A stretch of 64,000 nucleotides of DNA from an uncultured Actinomycetota bacterium (GTDB lineage: Bacteria; Actinomycetota; Actinomycetes; S36-B12; UBA10799): NCBI GenBank assembly GCA_963733395.1, contig CAVTCZ010000017.1, forward strand, positions 3,368 to 67,367. Reading direction: 5' to 3'. This document shows, piece by piece, positions 62,590 through 64,000 of the stretch. Below the pieces are notes generated by a model. The model was given only the letters and a program-made list of their open reading frames with translations. It did no database searches and was not told the origin of the DNA. The position numbers were made by a program, and so were the translations under genes. The number at the start of each line of letters is the position of its first letter. Position 1 is the first letter of the stretch.

Positions 62590-64000
62590 ATGGACGACCA
62601 AGTCCAGGATGCAGGTCAGACATCAGACGACGGCGGTTCTCCGCCGCGTCGCCGCCGCCGCGCTGCAGGCAGGCCCGCCGGGCCGCCCGTGGTGCACCCC
62701 GTGGTGGAGCCCTCGGCGGACCAGTCGGTGGATGAGCCAGCCAAGGTCGACGCGGTGCGCCGAACAGGCGGAGCAGCCCCCGGCGGAGGAGCCCCCCGCG
62801 GAGCAGCCCCCGGCCGAGCAGCCCCAGGCGGAGCAGCCCCCGGTCGAGGAGCCGCCGGTCGTGCCGCAGATCAGCCCGACCGACCCGTTCCACGTCGGTC
62901 TGATCGAGGAGGAGCCGGAGGTCGCCGAAGAGGTGTTCGAACTCGACGCCGACGAGGCGATCACCGCGACCGCCTTCTTCCTGGCCCCTGAGATCGACCT
63001 CGAGGAGGTCGACACCGAACCCGCACCGCCGAAGCCGCGCAACCGGCAGAAGAAGGCGAAGCCGGCGAAGGCCGAGACCCCCGCCGAGCAGGACGACGAG
63101 GCCGGTGAGACACCGGCGGGCGGTGACGAGCAGCAGTCCGACTCCGAGACGTCCAGCAGCAAGCGCCGTCGCCGTCGTCGGCGCCGGGGCGGGGGCGGCG
63201 AAGACTCCGATGAGGAGTCGACCAGCACCAAGGATGAGGTGACCTCGGTCAAGGGGTCCACTCGGCTCGAGGCCAAGCGGCAGCGCCGCAAAGAGGGGCG
63301 CGACGCCGGGCGGCGCCGTTCCCCGATCGTCACCGAGGCGGAGTTCCTCGCCCGCCGGGAGAGCGTCGAGCGGGTCATGGTCGTCCGCGGCTTCGAGGAC
63401 CGCACCCAGATCGCCGTGCTCGAGGACAAGATCCTGGTCGAGCACTACGTGACGCGGGAGCGCAACGCCAGCATGATCGGCAACGTCTATCTGGGCAAGG
63501 TGCAGAACGTGCTGCCGTCGATGGAGGCCGCGTTCGTGGACATCGGCCGTGGCCGCAACGCCGTGCTGTACGCCGGCGAGGTCAACTGGCAGGAGGCCGG
63601 CCTGGAGGGCCAACCCAAGCGCATCGAACTGGCCCTCAAGCCCGGTGACAGCGTGTTGGTGCAGGTCACGAAGGACCCGGTGGGGCATAAGGGCGCCCGG
63701 CTGACCAGTCAGATCTCGCTGCCCGGCCGATACCTGGTCTACGTGCCCAACGGGCGCATGACCGGGATCAGCCGGAAACTGCCTGACAAGGAGCGCAGCC
63801 GTCTCAAGAAGGCGTTGCGCGCGGCTCTGCCGGAGGAAGCCGGCGTGATCGTGCGCACTGCCGCCGAAGGGGCGACTGAGGAGCAGTTGGCCTCCGACGT
63901 GGCGAGGTTGGCCGCGCAGTGGGAGAGCATCAGCGCAAAGACCGAATCGGCCAAGGCGCCATCTCTGCTGTACTCCGAGCCGGATCTGGCGATCCGCGTG
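62590..64000 (+). CDS. rne: Ribonuclease E/G (runs off the window), one apparent +1 frameshift at ~62760
   Basis: The N-terminus [33 protein letters not shown]... (frame 1) recalls actinobacterial RNase E N-termini. From ~62762 the sensible frame is 2: EQAEQPPAEEPP... acidic/Pro-rich linker, KRRRRRRRRGGG, then the catalytic core VMVVRGFEDRTQIAVLEDKILVEHYV...NVYLGKVQNVLPSMEAAFVDIGRGRNAVLY...VLVQVTKDPVGHKGARLT. Confidence 0.85.

Noticed and set aside
62732-64000. rne simply starting at the frame-2 ATG at 62732 with no frameshift
   Set aside because: This is possible. However, the frame-1 peptide MDDQ...[16 protein letters not shown] looks like the conserved actinobacterial RNase E N-terminus, while frame 2 upstream of 62732 is nonsense. 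A frame break is therefore the more likely reading. The question is left open in the findings.

Overview
High-GC actinobacterial chromosome segment; the gene order looks Micrococcales-like, but no taxon is claimed. Three conserved housekeeping blocks are readable. The first is tRNA-Gly/tRNA-Pro, tig, clpP1, clpP2 and clpX. The second is valS, folC, DUF4233, ndk, mreB, mreC, mreD, PBP2 and rodA. The third is a radical-SAM gene, DUF2344 and rne. Accessory content includes (a) a decayed ~7.9 kb island in the 3' end of tRNA-Arg(TCT), bounded by 38-bp direct repeats. It carries a truncated integrase, a relaxase stub, transposase remnants, a beta-helical repeat membrane protein built on a 147-bp tandem array, and a metzincin. 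It also includes (b) an oleA / oleB-oleC fusion / oleD olefin cluster, (c) a cst-like sulfide/persulfide operon with a CsoR-family regulator, palindromic operators and a small Cys-rich ORF, and (d) several families of intergenic palindromic or tandem repeats. One family is a pair of ~130-bp AT-rich palindromic elements that bracket a two-gene membrane module and show a compensatory arm substitution. About 16 of ~60 genes cannot be read in one frame. Most disruptions look like single-base insertions, and one is an in-frame TGA. This is either real pseudogenisation or assembly indel error, and I cannot separate the two from sequence alone. All homology calls come from motif recognition by eye; no searches were run.
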